DNA of 11,238 nt from Microcystaceae cyanobacterium (lineage in GTDB: Bacteria > Cyanobacteriota > Cyanobacteriia > Cyanobacteriales > Microcystaceae), in NCBI GenBank assembly GCA_041746575.1, contig JBGTGT010000008.1:1-11238 (forward strand). The letters run 5' to 3'. Made by a program: the position numbers and the translations under genes. Positions within the stretch are counted from its first letter, which is position 1. Every line of letters starts with the position of its first letter. The notes beneath the pieces were generated by a model. It saw only the letters and a list, made by a program, of their open reading frames with translations. It was not told where the DNA came from and made no database searches. Below are positions 1 to 6,530 of the stretch, one piece after another.

Positions 1-657
1 ATCTAATTCATTTCTTCGGTTCATTAATCCTAAGACATTTATCCGTTTACTTTGACTACTTTTAAGAGTTATTGTTGTTCCTTTTTCTGGCCAAGCATCA
101 GGAATAGATGGCATTAAAGAAAATCCACTTTTGTCTAAATATCTTAAGTCAATTTCTCCCTTTTTATCCTGTTCTTTTAGTTCTAGTAATTGGGGTATTT
201 TGACCTCTAACTCCCATTCCTCGGCGGGTTTACTTAATCCTCTTTTCATCCTTTTCCATTTCATATTAAACTTTTTTATAATTCTTTTTATGGTTTTTTG
301 ATTGGCTTCTATTCCCCACTCTTGATGAACTTTGCTGACCACTTTTCTGAGGCTCTTTGGCTCTTCGTTAACCCACTTTTTGACTTGCTCTTTTTGTTCT
401 TGACTTAATTTAGATTTTCTGCCTCTTCCTTTTTTGGAATATAAGCCCAAAATGCCGTTTTTTTTCCATTTTTTAAGCCAATTATAAAGGGTTCTTCTAC
501 TAACTCTAAAAACTTCCATTAATTGAGCGATAGAAAATCCTTGATAGCTTAATATTATACAATTGGCTCTTTCTCTAACTTGAACCAATTGGCTCTGCCT
601 ACTTATCCTGATTAAAAGTTTTTTAGCTTCCGGATTGAATTCTCGCAGTAATCTCAT
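1..657 (-). CDS. IS630-family transposase, 5' part (219 codons in window, runs off the left edge; not in ORF track)
   Basis: Manual translation from ATG at 657 is open to position 1: MRLLREFNPEAKKLLIRISRQSQLVQVRERANCIILSYQGFSIAQLMEVFRVSRRTLYNWLKKWKKNGILGLYSKKGRGRKSKLS...TIKRIIKKFNMKWKRMKR...IDLRYLDKSGFSLMPSIPDAWPEKG...KRINVLGLMNRRNELD. It has an N-terminal HTH, a GRGRK linker, a second HTH and the first DDE motif region (YLD[E/K]SGF...RINVLG) typical of IS630/Tc1. Confidence 0.9.
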   Translation of the reverse strand, partial: MRLLREFNPEAKKLLIRISRQSQLVQVRERANCIILSYQGFSIAQLMEVFRVSRRTLYNWLKKWKKNGILGLYSKKGRGRKSKLSQEQKEQVKKWVNEEPKSLRKVVSKVHQEWGIEANQKTIKRIIKKFNMKWKRMKRGLSKPAEEWELEVKIPQLLELKEQDKKGEIDLRYLDKSGFSLMPSIPDAWPEKGTTITLKSSQSKRINVLGLMNRRNELD

Positions 658-737
658 ATATTTTTTAGATTTTGGGGCTTCATTATAGGATAATCTATTA
701 GGTTGAACTTGTGCCATTAATTTTGTTCGACTACTTA
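1..737 (-). mobile_element. IS630-family insertion sequence, promoter-proximal end (other end outside window)
   Basis: Transposase ORF plus a candidate terminus reading TA-AGTAGTCGAACAAAATTAAT on the minus strand (TA at 736-737), consistent with IS630 TA targets. The segment is A-rich on the coding strand and lacks HIP1. The partner inverted repeat is not visible, so the boundary is approximate. Confidence 0.7.
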
Positions 738-790
738 TATGAATTAAACCTAATTTACGGGCTACCTTTGACGAAAAGGATAATGAGATG

Positions 791-809
791 AAGTTAAGCT
801 AGAGTTAAG
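791..809 (-). promoter_or_regulatory. Pho-box-like (SphR) direct repeat CTTAACTC-N3-CTTAACTT
   Basis: Two 8-mers with 11-bp period resembling the cyanobacterial PyTTAAPyPy(T/A) consensus, with a weak third unit at 780-787 and a candidate -10 TAAATT at 757-752. Confidence 0.35.
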
Positions 810-816
810 CGATCGC
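809..816. repeat. HIP1 octamer GCGATCGC (other copies: 1870-1877, 6258-6265, 9531-9538, 10046-10053, 10854-10861)
   Basis: Six exact copies read in 11.2 kb of AT-rich DNA; HIP1 over-representation is a cyanobacterial hallmark. Confidence 0.9.
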
Positions 817-930
817 TGACAATCACAGAGAATATTGACGGATAGTGTTACATTGTCAGTGTTGTATTCAGAGAATGAGTATGAACTCATTAAAAGAAGG
901 CTTCAGGTTACCCATAACCTAAAAATCAGC

Positions 931-1095
931 TTAACGGTAAGAAATACCACGATAAACTAACTTTTCTAGCGAATTAGTAGCCACAAAAGCAGAAGGTTGA
1001 TAAGATTGACCTCGATAGATGAAGGTAGATTGAGAATTAACAAAAGCCGATTGATGAGCAGAGGTGTAAGCTTGTCCGCGATAGGTGAGTTGCAT
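931..1095 (-). CDS. Small DUF4278-like (YRG-motif) protein, 54 aa
   Basis: MQLTYRGQAY...FIYRGQSY...LVYRGISYR. The MxLxYRGxxY start and C-terminal LxYRGxxY are typical of cyanobacterial DUF4278 proteins. GGAG lies upstream of the ATG at 1095, so this start is preferred over the track's 1140. Confidence 0.85.
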   Translation of the reverse strand: MQLTYRGQAYTSAHQSAFVNSQSTFIYRGQSYQPSAFVATNSLEKLVYRGISYR

Positions 1096-1190
1096 GGCGT
1101 TTTCTCCGTTGTTTGTTTTGATGCTTACAGTATGTCCCAAGTCTCCGGCAGAAAAAATACGGTTTTGTTAAGGAAACGTCTGGAAAAATG

Positions 1191-1208
1191 TCAGGATTGT
1201 TCAGGATT
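1191..1208. promoter_or_regulatory. Tandem direct repeat TCAGGATT-N2-TCAGGATT, candidate transcription factor site upstream of the DUF4278-like gene
   Basis: Exact 8-bp repeat with 10-bp period, about 60-75 bp upstream of a candidate -10 (CATACT/TACTGT at about 1134-1127, minus strand). Confidence 0.35.
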
Positions 1209-1233
1209 TATTTGTACTGATTTAAGTGAAACA

Positions 1234-1261
1234 GAAAAAACCCCACTTTAGTAGTAGGGTC
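1234..1261 (-). terminator. Intrinsic terminator downstream of the 63-aa gene
   Basis: Minus strand ACCCTACT-ACTAA-AGTGGGGT (8-bp stem with one G-U pair) followed by TTTTT. Confidence 0.75.
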
Positions 1262-1307
1262 ATCCAGTAGAGGAAAGAAATGAGGTTATTGCTAGAGGAA
1301 AGGCGAA

Positions 1308-1499
1308 TTAACGAAGCGATTTCTGAGAAAACGCCACTAAACCAACTCCTACATATTGACCATAGTGATCGAACTTCTCTTGTTGTGCGACTCGATAGGG
1401 ATGGGTAAAGCCATCGGTTAATCCTATTGTCATTAAAACAACAGTTGCCCCGAGAACACAATAGTTACGAATGGCAGTGGTAGCAGTGATGTGAGACAT
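1308..1499 (-). CDS. Hypothetical 63-aa protein with an N-terminal hydrophobic (TM/signal-like) segment
   Basis: GGAG 9 nt before the ATG, candidate promoter CTGACA-N18-TATCCT (1561-1532), hydrophobic stretch YCVLGATVVLMTIGL, and its own downstream terminator. Confidence 0.65.
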   Translation of the reverse strand: MSHITATTAIRNYCVLGATVVLMTIGLTDGFTHPYRVAQQEKFDHYGQYVGVGLVAFSQKSLR

Positions 1500-1693
1500 G
1501 AAGGTGAACTCCCTTTCCTCTTAACTTTTTCAGGATACGAAGAATTAAGGGGTCATGTCAGTCCCAAAACCATTGGAATATCAAGGTTTGAGCCGATTTT
1601 TTTTCGACGTAGAAGTGGAAAAAAGTAGAATTCTCATCATAGCGATATAAGATAAGCTGATCTATAGCATAAAAATCTATTTGTCAAGTAAAC

Positions 1694-1722
1694 TTTACAA
1701 AACTTAAATAAACTGTTACATT
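1694..1722 (+). promoter_or_regulatory. Sigma70-type promoter TTTACA-N17-TACATT for the Psb34-family gene
   Basis: -35 at 1694-1699, 17-bp spacer, extended -10 TGt-TACATT with the hexamer at 1717-1722. Confidence 0.55.
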
Positions 1723-1732
1723 AGTTTACATA
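1715..1732 (+). promoter_or_regulatory. HLR1 element (RpaB binding site)
   Basis: GTTACATT-AG-TTTACATA matches the HLR1 consensus (G/T)TTACA(T/A)(T/A)-N2-(G/T)TTACA(T/A)(T/A) exactly and overlaps the -10 and likely start site. Confidence 0.8.
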
Positions 1733-1755
1733 GACAGCAAAACGGAGACACGACC

Positions 1756-1926
1756 ATGAAGACCGCTCAACTTGATAACGGAATCCTTAACAACTACGCC
1801 GTTGAACCTAAACCGTATTACGCCCTTTTTCCTTCCCCTGAGCAAGCCCGTAACTATGCTTTCCAAGGTGCGATCGCTACATTATTCGTTAGCGCATTAG
1901 TTGCTGTGACCTTTGCTATTAGTTAG
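1756..1926 (+). CDS. Psb34/Ssl1498-family single-helix thylakoid protein, 56 aa (not in ORF track)
   Basis: MKTAQLDNGILNNYAVEPKPYYALFPSPEQARNYAFQGAIATLFVSALVAVTFAIS. It carries the GxLNN(Y/F)AxEP motif shared by Psb34 and HliA/B N-termini plus one C-terminal TM helix. It has a GGAG RBS, an HLR1 promoter and a terminator. Confidence 0.88.
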   Translation: MKTAQLDNGILNNYAVEPKPYYALFPSPEQARNYAFQGAIATLFVSALVAVTFAIS

Positions 1927-1980
1927 AAAAGCACTGGATTTGGTATCTCTCGACAAATGATAGTTTAGTTCTCCTATTCG

Positions 1981-2004
1981 GCCTCGGTATATCCGAGGTT
2001 TTTT
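1981..2004 (+). terminator. Intrinsic terminator after the Psb34-family gene
   Basis: CCTCGG-TATAT-CCGAGG followed by TTTTTT. Confidence 0.85.
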
Positions 2005-2062
2005 CATTGCTAAAATGAGATTGCTTTAAGCATTGCATCACTCAGGTATTAAAGAAGAAAAA

Positions 2063-2449
2063 ATGAACATAAGCAAAATTCATCATATTGCTATTATCTG
2101 TTCTAATTATGAACAATCTAAAGCGTTTTATACTGAGGTATTAGAATTTTCTATAATCCGTGAAACATTCAGAGAAGAAAGAAATTCTTATAAACTTGAT
2201 TTAAGTGTTGGAGAGCAGGATCAAATTGAGCTTTTTTCCTTTCCTAACCCGCCCTTAAGAAGTACCAATCCTGAAAGCTGTGGCTTGAGACATCTGGCTT
2301 TTGAGGTAGAAAATTTTATGAAATATGTAGCCGATTTAGAAACCAAGGGTATTAGCGTTGAGCCGGTAAGAATTGATCAATTGACGGGCAGAAAGGTTAC
2401 CTTTTTCAAAGATCCTGATGACTTGCCTTTAGAAATTTACGAAAAATAA
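2063..2449 (+). CDS. VOC/glyoxalase family metalloprotein (YaeR/SMU1112c-like), 128 aa
   Basis: IHHIAIICSNY...SKAFY...IELFSFP...GLRHLAF...FFKDPDDLPLEIYE shows the H/E/H/E metal ligands. The ATG at 2063 is preferred over TTG 2033. Confidence 0.9.
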   Translation: MNISKIHHIAIICSNYEQSKAFYTEVLEFSIIRETFREERNSYKLDLSVGEQDQIELFSFPNPPLRSTNPESCGLRHLAFEVENFMKYVADLETKGISVEPVRIDQLTGRKVTFFKDPDDLPLEIYEK

Positions 2450-2463
2450 AGTATTAAAGTTTG

Positions 2464-3561
2464 TTATTCTTGTACCGTTTTGGATGTGGTACGACTGCGT
2501 CCAATTTTTTGGCTCATTTCTCGGCTAGTTTGTTGATATTTGTGGACAATTGGTAATCTTTCTGCTTGAAATTCTGCTAAAGCCGTTTCAATGCTTAAAG
2601 CATTTTCTAAATGATAAACAAAACGTACTGCATCTTCAAAGCCGGAGGTCATCCCTCTTGCACGCGTCGGACTTTTAGCATGGGCGGCATCTCCCATTAA
2701 CAGCACTCGGCCGTGATACAATTGGGGGATTGGGTCAATATCATAGGAAAAATTACACACCATTTGGTCTAATGGGGTAGATTCAATCACTTTTCTCGGT
2801 GCATCGGGCAGTTTTGCTAATTCTTGTGGTGGAATACCAATATCATAGGGACTCGGTCGTTGATATTCGTCTTTTTCTTGCTCTTTTTCGATAAAAAACC
2901 CCCAATGGGTGTAACCATGACCGATATCAAAGAAATTAGCGTAAATACCCCGACCTCGAAAATAGACAACAAATAAACCATCTGAGCAAAATTCATCCTC
3001 TTGGACTATACCACGCCAAACAATATCTCCCAAATAGCATAATTTCACATCAGGAACCACATAATTCCGTACTTTTGAGTAAATTCCGTCACACCCAATT
3101 AATAAATCCCCTTGCCAAACCCTACCATCCTCAAATTGCACGGTGACTTCCTTCTCGGTTTGACTGAGTTGGCTAAATTTTGCATTTAAATGTAAGCATT
3201 CTGGAGGTAATTCTTGTAAAAGAGTCTCTAAAATGGCTTTACGATGAATCAACATTCCCGGTAACTCGCCTTCTTCATATTCCACTGTTTCTCTGTTGCC
3301 AACTTTTCCTTTGAGGTTACGAAATTCAAAGGTTTTAACGGGCGCACCGAGAGAAATTAAGCGGTGACAAAGTCGGGGATTCCCTTGGGCTAATGCGTTC
3401 ATTCCTGAAGAAATTAAGAGAATACCACAGCCATCGGTGCGAGGATGCTCAGATTTTTCGAACAAATCGACGTGATAGCCTTTTTCGGCTAATAAACTGG
3501 TTAAATAAACACCAGTTGTTCCTGCTCCAATAATGCCAATACGGGGGTGAGTCGTGACCAT
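2464..3561 (-). CDS. FAD-dependent monooxygenase (group A; UbiH/salicylate hydroxylase-like), substrate unknown
   Basis: All three fingerprints are present: GAGTTG (GxGxxG), DLLIGCDGIYS (DG motif) and LMGDAAH (GD motif). Confidence 0.9.
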   Translation of the reverse strand: MVTTHPRIGIIGAGTTGVYLTSLLAEKGYHVDLFEKSEHPRTDGCGILLISSGMNALAQGNPRLCHRLISLGAPVKTFEFRNLKGKVGNRETVEYEEGELPGMLIHRKAILETLLQELPPECLHLNAKFSQLSQTEKEVTVQFEDGRVWQGDLLIGCDGIYSKVRNYVVPDVKLCYLGDIVWRGIVQEDEFCSDGLFVVYFRGRGIYANFFDIGHGYTHWGFFIEKEQEKDEYQRPSPYDIGIPPQELAKLPDAPRKVIESTPLDQMVCNFSYDIDPIPQLYHGRVLLMGDAAHAKSPTRARGMTSGFEDAVRFVYHLENALSIETALAEFQAERLPIVHKYQQTSREMSQKIGRSRTTSKTVQE

Positions 3562-3623
3562 GGACTGTACCTTCTTTAATTTATTAATGTTATGATCTAA
3601 TCCTAGATTTAAATATAGTATTG

Positions 3624-4145
3624 ATGAAAAAGCGTTATCTTTTTTCTTTACCGTTAATCGCTTTGATCAGCCTTAATCTTGCGCCATCGGTACAAGCGGC
3701 CGAAGAAGTGATTTTGATATATAGTGTCTTTAGGAAACCGATATCTGTCCCAGAATTGAGTCAATTGGCAGAAACAGGGGAAACCTCTTCATCTTTGCGG
3801 ACTTACCTTAAGTTGGCTAACCAGTCCCCAGAATCTTTACAGCAAACTTTAAATAAAAGCGTTGAGGTTGATGGCTTTATTTTTCCGACGGTTTTAAATA
3901 GTTTTGTCGGTAATACGATTTTAGACCGAGTGAGTGAAGTGGTTCATCCCTCTTCCCCGAAAGAAGGACGCAATGCTCTCCGCGAGGCTCTACTGGAATC
4001 TGCCAAGATGGATAATAATGTTAGAGTGATAGAAGTGCTAGAAAATTATCCCAATCGGAAGATTTATGTAGAAGGAGAACGATTGGCAGAACTTTATACC
4101 CAAATTCAGGGAGTCGTTGATCAACTCCCCCGTATTTCTCTATGA
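3624..4145 (+). CDS. Secreted DUF1400 (alpha/beta hydrolase-associated) domain protein
   Basis: Signal peptide (MKKRYLFSLPLIALISLNLAPSVQA|AE) followed by AAEEVILIYS...ISVPELSQLAETG...ALREAL...IEVLENYP, the cyanobacterial DUF1400 pattern. No hydrolase catalytic domain is attached. Start is ATG 3624 or TTG 3621. Confidence 0.8.
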   Translation: MKKRYLFSLPLIALISLNLAPSVQAAEEVILIYSVFRKPISVPELSQLAETGETSSSLRTYLKLANQSPESLQQTLNKSVEVDGFIFPTVLNSFVGNTILDRVSEVVHPSSPKEGRNALREALLESAKMDNNVRVIEVLENYPNRKIYVEGERLAELYTQIQGVVDQLPRISL

Positions 4146-4158
4146 CTTAAGGATCGAC

Positions 4159-4359
4159 TTAATAAGCTAACGTATCTAATGTATCTCGTAAATAGTCTCT
4201 GATTTGATGATCAAGGCTGTGAGAATGTTCGTCTTCTGGAGATTGGTCATCTTGCCATTGCTGAAATCCAGAACAAGTAGTGATCGCTTGTTTTAAATTT
4301 TCCCACACTTCGCTGTCCGATGACAGGGTTGAGTTAGGGGACACGGTTGAATTTGTCAT
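4159..4359 (-). CDS. Small acidic hypothetical protein, 66 aa
   Basis: ATG at 4359. The W..LKQAI...SGFQ.W...IRDYLRDTLDTLAY pattern resembles a small protein family I recall from cyanobacteria; function unknown. Confidence 0.75.
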   Translation of the reverse strand: MTNSTVSPNSTLSSDSEVWENLKQAITTCSGFQQWQDDQSPEDEHSHSLDHQIRDYLRDTLDTLAY

Positions 4360-4464
4360 CTTCTCTTTCACTCTTCTCAGTTGACAACATTTCTTTTAGG
4401 ATAGCTTAAACTTTTAGGGAGGGGATGCTATCTAGGACACATTTCCTTTAATTATAAAGTCTCC

Positions 4465-5010
4465 TTAAGAGGGTGGCAAAGATTGGAAAAATTGTAAGGC
4501 TTCTTCACACCATTCAATCCATTGTATTTCGTAGCGAATTCCTCGTTTTAAGGTTAAATATAAACACATTTCGGATAAAGGTAGAGGCATAACTCGATTT
4601 AAAAATGTTTCTTCTTTTTCTTGATACTTAGCTAAGGTTTGCTGGTGAATTTGACGACGATGAGTTAATTCTTGGATAATTAGACTAGGATTCACTAAAT
4701 CTCCGGCACGGACTTTGACTAGCAAGTCTTCTCGGATTACTGTAGGTTCTGAGGGCTGTTTAATCCAGTTATCTAATTCTTCAAGACCTTGCGGGGTAAT
4801 CGAATAAAGCTTTTTATCGGGACGACCTTCTTGAGGGATTATTATCGATTTAACGAGTTTATTCTGCTCCATTTTATTTAATTCTCGGTAAATTTGCTGT
4901 TGAGTTGCTTTCCAAAAACAATTCACCGTTTCTTCAAAGGTTTTCCAAATTTCATATCCCGTATAGGGTTTATTCGTTAAGGTGACTAAAATAGTGTGAG
5001 TAAGTGCCAT
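4465..5010 (-). CDS. PadR-family transcriptional regulator (AphA-like, long C-terminal dimerisation domain)
   Basis: MALTHTILVTL...TGYEI...FWKATQQQIYRELNKME...QEGRPDKKLYSITPQG winged HTH, and C-terminal L.RGIRYE..WIEWCEEAL. Confidence 0.93.
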   Translation of the reverse strand: MALTHTILVTLTNKPYTGYEIWKTFEETVNCFWKATQQQIYRELNKMEQNKLVKSIIIPQEGRPDKKLYSITPQGLEELDNWIKQPSEPTVIREDLLVKVRAGDLVNPSLIIQELTHRRQIHQQTLAKYQEKEETFLNRVMPLPLSEMCLYLTLKRGIRYEIQWIEWCEEALQFFQSLPPS

Positions 5011-5089
5011 AAGATTAATTTAAGCTTTGAGTCTAATATTTATTCAGAAATTGCTATTTTTGCTTTAATAACAATTTTAGTCATTTTCC

Positions 5090-5119
5090 TTGACATACTC
5101 AACAAGTTTAATATAAATT
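5090..5119 (+). promoter_or_regulatory. Candidate sigma70 promoter of the RND operon
   Basis: TTGACA at 5090-5095 with TATAAA (5112-5117, 16-bp spacer) or TAAATT (5114-5119, 18-bp spacer). Confidence 0.55.
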
Positions 5120-5144
5120 GAGTGGATACTAAACAAGTTGAATA
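5096..5144. promoter_or_regulatory. Two imperfect palindromic operator candidates for the PadR regulator
   Basis: TACTCAA-CAAG-TTTAATA (5096-5113) and TACTAAA-CAAG-TTGAATA (5127-5144): 16/18 identical, 31-bp period, between divergent padR and efflux genes. Confidence 0.7.
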
Positions 5145-5189
5145 CCACTTCTTTTAGTATAATCTTATACCTTCACGTCCTTCAAGATC

Positions 5190-6530
5190 ATGGATAAAGC
5201 TTTATTTGAACCCGAAATCAAGGCTGAAAGTAAGGAATTACCCGATAGTAAACCGTCATTCGGTTACTTTCTCGTCAATGGGGGAATCAGTATCGGATTG
5301 CTTTTGCTGGGTTTTACCCTCGGTAATCGCTATCAACCTGAAGTGAAAACAAACGTTAGACCGACTTCTACTGTATCACCACGGGTTTTGACCGTAGAAA
5401 CGACTCAAATTCGTCCTGTATCGGGGCATTCCATCTCTAGAAGCTATACAGGAGAAACCTCAACAGCGAGAGAAAGTTCCCTCGGATTTGAGAGAGCCGG
5501 AAAAGTGAATCAATTATTGGTTGATGAAGGAGATTATCTTTACAAAGATCAAGTGATTGCAAAACTGGATATCCGTCAGTTAGAGATGCAAAAATTAAAT
5601 CTAGAGGCACAAAAAGACAAAGAAAAAGCAATTTTAGCAGAATTAGTGACAGGGGCAAGACAGGAAGACATCGCTGGCGCGAAAGCAACGGTTAAGCAAT
5701 TAAAAGAAAAATTGAGTTTAGAAGACATTAGACAAGAAAGACGACAATACCTCTATCAAGCAGGCGCAATTTCACGCGAACAACTCGATGAAGTCTCATT
5801 TAATCGTAATGCCTTAACCGCACAATTACAAGAAGCCCAAAGTCGTTTGGATGAACTATTAGCAGGGACGAGAATTGAGCAGATTAATGCCCAAAAAGCA
5901 GTGATTCAGCAATTGGAAGTTAGTATTCAAGAGATTGACCTCGATATTTATAAAAGTGTGCTGAAATCCCCTTACAATGGCTTAATTTCTCAACGATTAA
6001 TTGATGAGGGGACGGTGGTTTCCGTTGGGCAAGCGTTAGTAAAATTAATCGAAAATGGGAAACCAGAGGTGAGAATTGGCATTCCCACGGATAAAGTGAA
6101 TTTATTTCAGAAAAAAAGTCAGTATTCTGTCATTATTGATCAGAAAAATTATCCTGCGACTGTTTCTGCTATTTTACCCCAAGTTGATTCCGCCACTCGC
6201 ACACAAACCCTGATTTTATCCTTAGATCCCAGTGTAGCCTCCAACGTCCCCCGTGGAGCGATCGCCCGCTTGAATGTAAGGGAAACGGTGGCAATATCAG
6301 GATTTTGGTTGCCGACAACTGCCTTAATTCGGGGAGATAGAGGATTATGGTCTTGTTATGCAGTGATTAAGGATAATAAGAAAGAAGAAATTGTTGAAAA
6401 AAGGGATATCGAAGTTTTATATACCGAAAACAACCGAGTTTTAGTGCGAGGAACGTTAAACGAAGGAGACTTAATCATTACGCAAGGAACACAACGAATG
6501 GTACCCGGACAAATTGTCATTAGTGAATAA
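5190..6530 (+). CDS. RND efflux periplasmic adaptor (membrane fusion protein, HlyD-like)
   Basis: N-terminal TM anchor, lipoyl half-motifs (GKVNQLLVDEGD; LKSPYNGLISQRLIDEGTVV), long coiled-coil hairpin, ILPQVDSATRT, and C-terminal GTLNEGDLIITQG. Confidence 0.95.
   Translation: MDKALFEPEIKAESKELPDSKPSFGYFLVNGGISIGLLLLGFTLGNRYQPEVKTNVRPTSTVSPRVLTVETTQIRPVSGHSISRSYTGETSTARESSLGFERAGKVNQLLVDEGDYLYKDQVIAKLDIRQLEMQKLNLEAQKDKEKAILAELVTGARQEDIAGAKATVKQLKEKLSLEDIRQERRQYLYQAGAISREQLDEVSFNRNALTAQLQEAQSRLDELLAGTRIEQINAQKAVIQQLEVSIQEIDLDIYKSVLKSPYNGLISQRLIDEGTVVSVGQALVKLIENGKPEVRIGIPTDKVNLFQKKSQYSVIIDQKNYPATVSAILPQVDSATRTQTLILSLDPSVASNVPRGAIARLNVRETVAISGFWLPTTALIRGDRGLWSCYAVIKDNKKEEIVEKRDIEVLYTENNRVLVRGTLNEGDLIITQGTQRMVPGQIVISE

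Noticed and set aside
835..851. Possible NtcA site near GTTACA
   Set aside because: Only one half-site; no GTA-N8-TAC.
997..1251. 84-aa + strand ORF from the track
   Set aside because: Antisense to the better supported YRG gene and its promoter; no recognisable motif.
1096..1260. Glutamine riboswitch upstream of the DUF4278-like gene
   Set aside because: By eye I found no CGTT...CGGAAGTA...GAAGGAACG-type core, and the likely leader is too short. Not tested with Infernal.
1222..1461. 79-aa minus-strand ORF
   Set aside because: Overlaps the 63-aa ORF in another frame, has no clear RBS, and runs through the terminator at 1234-1261.
1639..1680. ATAG-N9-CTAT (1664-1680) as an NdhR/LysR site
   Set aside because: Spacing differs from the ATAG-N8-CTAT NdhR motif, and the region is AT-rich, so a chance match is likely.
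5437..5688. 83-aa minus-strand ORF
   Set aside because: Antisense shadow inside the RND adaptor gene.
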